Shown here piece after piece: positions 4,291 to 5,140 of a DNA stretch of 5,140 bases (its first letter is position 1; each line of letters starts with the position of its first letter). Origin of the DNA: Candidatus Iainarchaeum sp. (lineage in GTDB: Archaea; Iainarchaeota; Iainarchaeia; Iainarchaeales; 0-14-0-20-30-16). The stretch is from positions 1 to 5,140 of the forward strand of contig CAIWXP010000184.1 of NCBI GenBank assembly GCA_903916665.1. Direction: 5' to 3'. The notes below the pieces were generated by a model. The model was not told the DNA's origin and did no database searches. It was given only the letters and a program-made list of their open reading frames with translations. Made by a program: the position numbers and the translations under genes.

Positions 4291-5140
4291 TACAAACTTC
4301 CTGAGCCATTATAAACATTCAGAGTAACATTTTTTATTCCAAATCCATTGTCTGTTAAGTTTACTGTTAAGTTAATGTTTGTTGAATAGTTTACATAACT
4401 ATTAGTCGGCGGACTAATTAAAGTTGCATTAGGTGGATATGGATCAACCGCCATAATGCTATGATTAAGCAAATAAGCACTTACACTTGTATCGCTTGTC
4501 AAGAAGTTGGTTTTATATTGCAGGAATTTTCCCTGTGTTGACGTTGTGTTAGTTATTCCATCTAAAACATTTGTTGCCGTAGAATAATTTGTCCAATCCG
4601 CAATGTGCATACTTCCTAACTGGTAAAGATTTAGAACTTCACTTGCATTAAGACTTCTGTTATAGATTCGGACTTCGTCCATTGAACCACTAAAATATGT
4701 TCCACCTGAACCCAATAAATATCCAATCTGCGCAGTGGCATTGGTAGCGTTCATTGCGACATATGTTCCAGATTTAACAGGAACATCGCTGTGCTCAACA
4801 CCATTGATATACAGATGTATTCCCGTAGCATTAGCGGTTCCATTAAATGCCATAGTAACAAAATACCACTGATTCAAACTAAGGGGACTCGAACAAGAAT
4901 CTGCTATAGAGCCCGCGGTTAAACCCTGATTGAATAGAGTCATACTTATCGAACCAGAAGTATTAACTAAAAATTGATATTCGGCAGGAGGATTTGCACC
5001 AGTATTATATCTTTTGCTGATTAACCAGTTTCCATTTGCGCTAGATGTCCATGATTTAGAATTGAGCCAAAGAGAGAATGTAAATGGCGTGTCTGTAGTG
5101 CTATTTCCAAAACTGATTAAATTACCATTAGTTATATTTA
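4146..5140 (-). CDS. 5'-partial CDS; LamG/Concanavalin-A-like lectin domain (Laminin_G_3-type) surface protein followed by a partial Ig-like/beta-sandwich domain
   Basis: The minus frame of the listed ORF stays open from 4943 to the window edge at 5140. Hand translation gives ...NITNGNLISFGNSTTDTPFTFSLWLNSKSWTSSANGNWLISKRYNTGANPPAEYQFLVNTSGSIS-MTLFNQG..., so M at 4943 is internal. LamG_3 hallmarks are present: FTFSLWLN, NQWYFVTMAFNG, IHLYINGV, GSMDEVRIYNRSLNASEVLNLY (domain roughly 4614-5140). This is followed by the FLQYKTNFLTSDTSVSAYLLNHSI block and PPNATLISPPTNSYVNYSTNINLTVNLTDNGFGIKNVTLNVYNGSG, typical of the start of an Ig-like module. N-X-S/T sequons are numerous. The true 3' end is uncertain because the last 145 nt (4146-4290) are antisense to the + gene. 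Confidence 0.8.
   Translation of the reverse strand, partial: NITNGNLISFGNSTTDTPFTFSLWLNSKSWTSSANGNWLISKRYNTGANPPAEYQFLVNTSGSISMTLFNQGLTAGSIADSCSSPLSLNQWYFVTMAFNGTANATGIHLYINGVEHSDVPVKSGTYVAMNATNATAQIGYLLGSGGTYFSGSMDEVRIYNRSLNASEVLNLYQLGSMHIADWTNYSTATNVLDGITNTTSTQGKFLQYKTNFLTSDTSVSAYLLNHSIMAVDPYPPNATLISPPTNSYVNYSTNINLTVNLTDNGFGIKNVTLNVYNGSGSLYYNSINSSFTFGVYFSTNPKSGPLIIILSLLNIFNKPKNCSGIARKLS

Noticed and set aside
4288-4330. Stop-codon read-through or frameshift extending the 1047-aa gene past 4290
   Set aside because: Of the two + frames I translated past 4290 (the gene's own frame and the next), both hit stops within about 12 codons (for example TAA at 4312-4314 in frame). The downstream sequence is well explained by the minus-strand gene.
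4882-4898. tRNA T-arm-like string ggggactcgaac (10/11 match to gggattcgaac of the real tRNA), a possible att-site or tRNA fragment marking an integrated element
   Set aside because: There is no complementary T-stem or acceptor sequence beside it. It lies in-frame within conserved LamG coding sequence (SSPLSLNQ). No integrase or direct repeat of the tRNA 3' end is seen in the window.
4941-4943. ATG at 4943 as the true start of the LamG CDS
   Set aside because: The minus frame remains open to the window edge. The upstream translation (FTFSLWLNSKSW...) is the canonical beginning of a LamG_3 domain, so this Met is internal.
1-5140. CRISPR arrays, tandem DNA repeats, IS elements or rRNA
   Set aside because: Reading both strands, I found no regularly spaced direct repeats, terminal inverted repeats with a transposase, or rRNA-like conserved blocks. 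The apparent repetitiveness is low-complexity AAT/TTA-rich coding sequence.

Overview
AT-rich, tightly packed window that looks archaeal. The evidence is a tRNA gene split by a bulge-helix-bulge intron, no encoded CCA, TTTAAATA-type TATA boxes and a GGTGG Shine-Dalgarno; a DPANN-like or other small AT-rich archaeon is only a guess. Left to right: (1) the 3' part of a + strand CDS (1-816, open to the left edge) whose motifs resemble the ChaN/Tiki haem-binding superfamily, ending in a very K/R/E-rich tail. (2) A minus-strand tRNA-Ser(CGA) (1032-821) split at canonical position 37/38 by a 130-nt, highly structured intron with a textbook hBHBh' splice motif. (3) A 114-bp divergent promoter region. 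(4) A 1047-aa, roughly 15% Asn secreted protein (1147-4290, +) with a Sec-type signal peptide, about 31 N-X-S/T sequons, a central parallel beta-helix (PbH1-like) segment, a Cys-rich insert and a divergent internal duplication whose second copy is cut short by the stop codon. (5) A convergent minus-strand LamG/ConA-like lectin surface protein (4146-5140, open to the right edge) whose last 48 codons are read entirely antisense to the end of gene 4. Most worth follow-up are the long structured tRNA intron and the tail-to-tail junction at about 4245-4290. At that junction both surface-protein genes lose recognisable domain similarity, overlap by 145 bp and differ markedly in base composition. I found no CRISPR array, transposase, integrase or rRNA.
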